DNA of 64,000 nt from an uncultured Smithella sp. (lineage in GTDB: Bacteria; Desulfobacterota; Syntrophia; Syntrophales; Smithellaceae): NCBI GenBank assembly GCA_964394185.1, contig CAYMWM010000003.1:1193-65192 (forward strand). The letters are read 5' to 3'. The notes beneath the pieces were generated by a model. It saw nothing but the letters and a program-made list of their open reading frames with translations. It searched no databases and was not told the origin of the DNA. This document shows, piece by piece, positions 63,172 through 64,000 of the stretch. Within the stretch, counting starts at the first letter, position 1. Every line of letters begins with the position of its first letter. Made by a program: the position numbers and the translations under genes.

Positions 63172-64000
63172 CTAGTTACGATGCAGTAAATCCCAGGCTT
63201 CCGCGATAATACGGTCGACGGTGAAACCGAATTTTTCATAAAGAACCGGTCCGGGGGCTGAAGCGCCGAATGTCTCCATGCCGATAACTTTCCCGGAAAG
63301 ACCTACATAATGTTCCCATCCCAGCTTGATACCCGCTTCCACGGCAATCCTGACGGTTACTGCGGGCGGTAAAACACTGTCGCGGTATTCGCGCGGCTGG
63401 CGGTCGAATACTTCCCAACTGGGAAGCGAGACGACTCTTGTCTTTGTTCCGCTTTCCGCAAGTTTACGGGCAGCGGTAAGCGTAAGTGCCACTTCCGAAC
63501 CTGTTGCTATTAAAATCAATTCTGGATTGGGAAAAGATTCCCAAAGAATGTAGCCGCCCCGTTTTGTTCCGGAAGCAGAACCGCATATGTTTCTATCCAG
63601 CACCGGCAGATTCTGTCGGCTTAAAACAAGAGTGGTCGGGCCGCTTGTATTGGATATAGCCATTTTCCAGGCTTCCAGTGTTTCATTGGCATCGCCGGGA
63701 CGGATAACAATCATGTTGGGTACCTGGCGCAGGTTCATAATCTGCTCAACGGGCTGATGAGTCGGGCCGTCTTCCCCAACGCCGATACTATCATGCGTGA
63801 AAACAAAAACAGCGCGCAAACCCATCAATGCGGCCAGCCGCATGGGAGGACGCATATAATCGGCAAAAGTCATGAATGTTGCTGTGTAAGGAATAATTCC
63901 TCCGTGAAGGGCAAGACCAACAGCAACGGAGCCCATGGCGTGTTCCCGCACGCCGAAATGGATGTTGCGCCCTTCATAACCCCAGGGACCGCCAACCATA
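63172..64000 (-). CDS. tkt: Transketolase, C-terminal ~275 aa (5' end outside window)
   Basis: GRNIHFGVREHAMGSVAVGLALHGGIIPYTATFMTFADYMRPPMRLAAL and HDSIGVGEDGPTHQPVEQ are hallmark transketolase pyrimidine-binding-domain sequences. Confidence 0.9.
   Translation of the reverse strand, partial: MVGGPWGYEGRNIHFGVREHAMGSVAVGLALHGGIIPYTATFMTFADYMRPPMRLAALMGLRAVFVFTHDSIGVGEDGPTHQPVEQIMNLRQVPNMIVIRPGDANETLEAWKMAISNTSGPTTLVLSRQNLPVLDRNICGSASGTKRGGYILWESFPNPELILIATGSEVALTLTAARKLAESGTKTRVVSLPSWEVFDRQPREYRDSVLPPAVTVRIAVEAGIKLGWEHYVGLSGKVIGMETFGASAPGPVLYEKFGFTVDRIIAEAWDLLHRN

Noticed and set aside
1-64000. Search for tRNA, rRNA, CRISPR repeats, transposases/integrases, toxin-antitoxin or defence-type genes
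   Set aside because: I saw no regularly spaced direct repeats, cloverleaf-like or rRNA-like sequence, or recombinase, nuclease or helicase motifs. The only repeats are the intragenic lipoprotein repeats and the gene duplications described above.

Overview
This 64-kb window is almost entirely coding. About 55 genes lie on the + strand and 3 on the - strand. The gene content points to a strict anaerobe, possibly Desulfobacterota-like, but that placement is inference only. I recognised no rRNA, tRNA, CRISPR array, transposase or integrase. The window divides into four blocks. (1) 1-22.6 kb is a compositionally mosaic, largely AT-rich surface-glycoconjugate island. It has a hexapeptide-repeat (LbH) acetyltransferase, three polytopic GT-C-like membrane proteins (one TMTC-like with TPRs), two Dpm1-like GT2 enzymes, and a GDP-heptose module (an HddC-GmhB-P-loop kinase fusion plus an HddA-like kinase). 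It also has an epimerase, a flavoprotein, a methyltransferase, and unusually six radical SAM genes: four cobalamin-domain class B (three of them close paralogues), one SPASM/twitch-like and one COG1964/Tes-like. (2) 22.9-48.7 kb is a TetR-headed island of ATP-driven radical or low-potential redox enzymes. It holds seven HGD-D (2-hydroxyacyl-CoA dehydratase / benzoyl-CoA reductase) family genes and three BcrAD/HgdC-type ATPases, including a four-gene set in BzdNOPQ order. It also holds a truncated acetyl-CoA-synthase-like protein coupled to a CooC-type ATPase, a flavodoxin-ferredoxin fusion, two Cys-rich Fe-S paralogues, three paralogous helical proteins of unknown function, two atypical acyl-CoA dehydrogenases, a nitroreductase, a ferredoxin and a GMC flavoprotein. 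This block is my best candidate for an undescribed system. (3) 49.4-57.2 kb is a GntR-controlled beta-oxidation-like module: SCP-x-type thiolase, CoA ligase, an acyl-CoA dehydrogenase pair and a short-chain dehydrogenase/reductase (SDR). (4) The remainder is housekeeping or envelope genes: a CPA2 antiporter, a tandem-repeat lipoprotein, pgi and a partial tkt.
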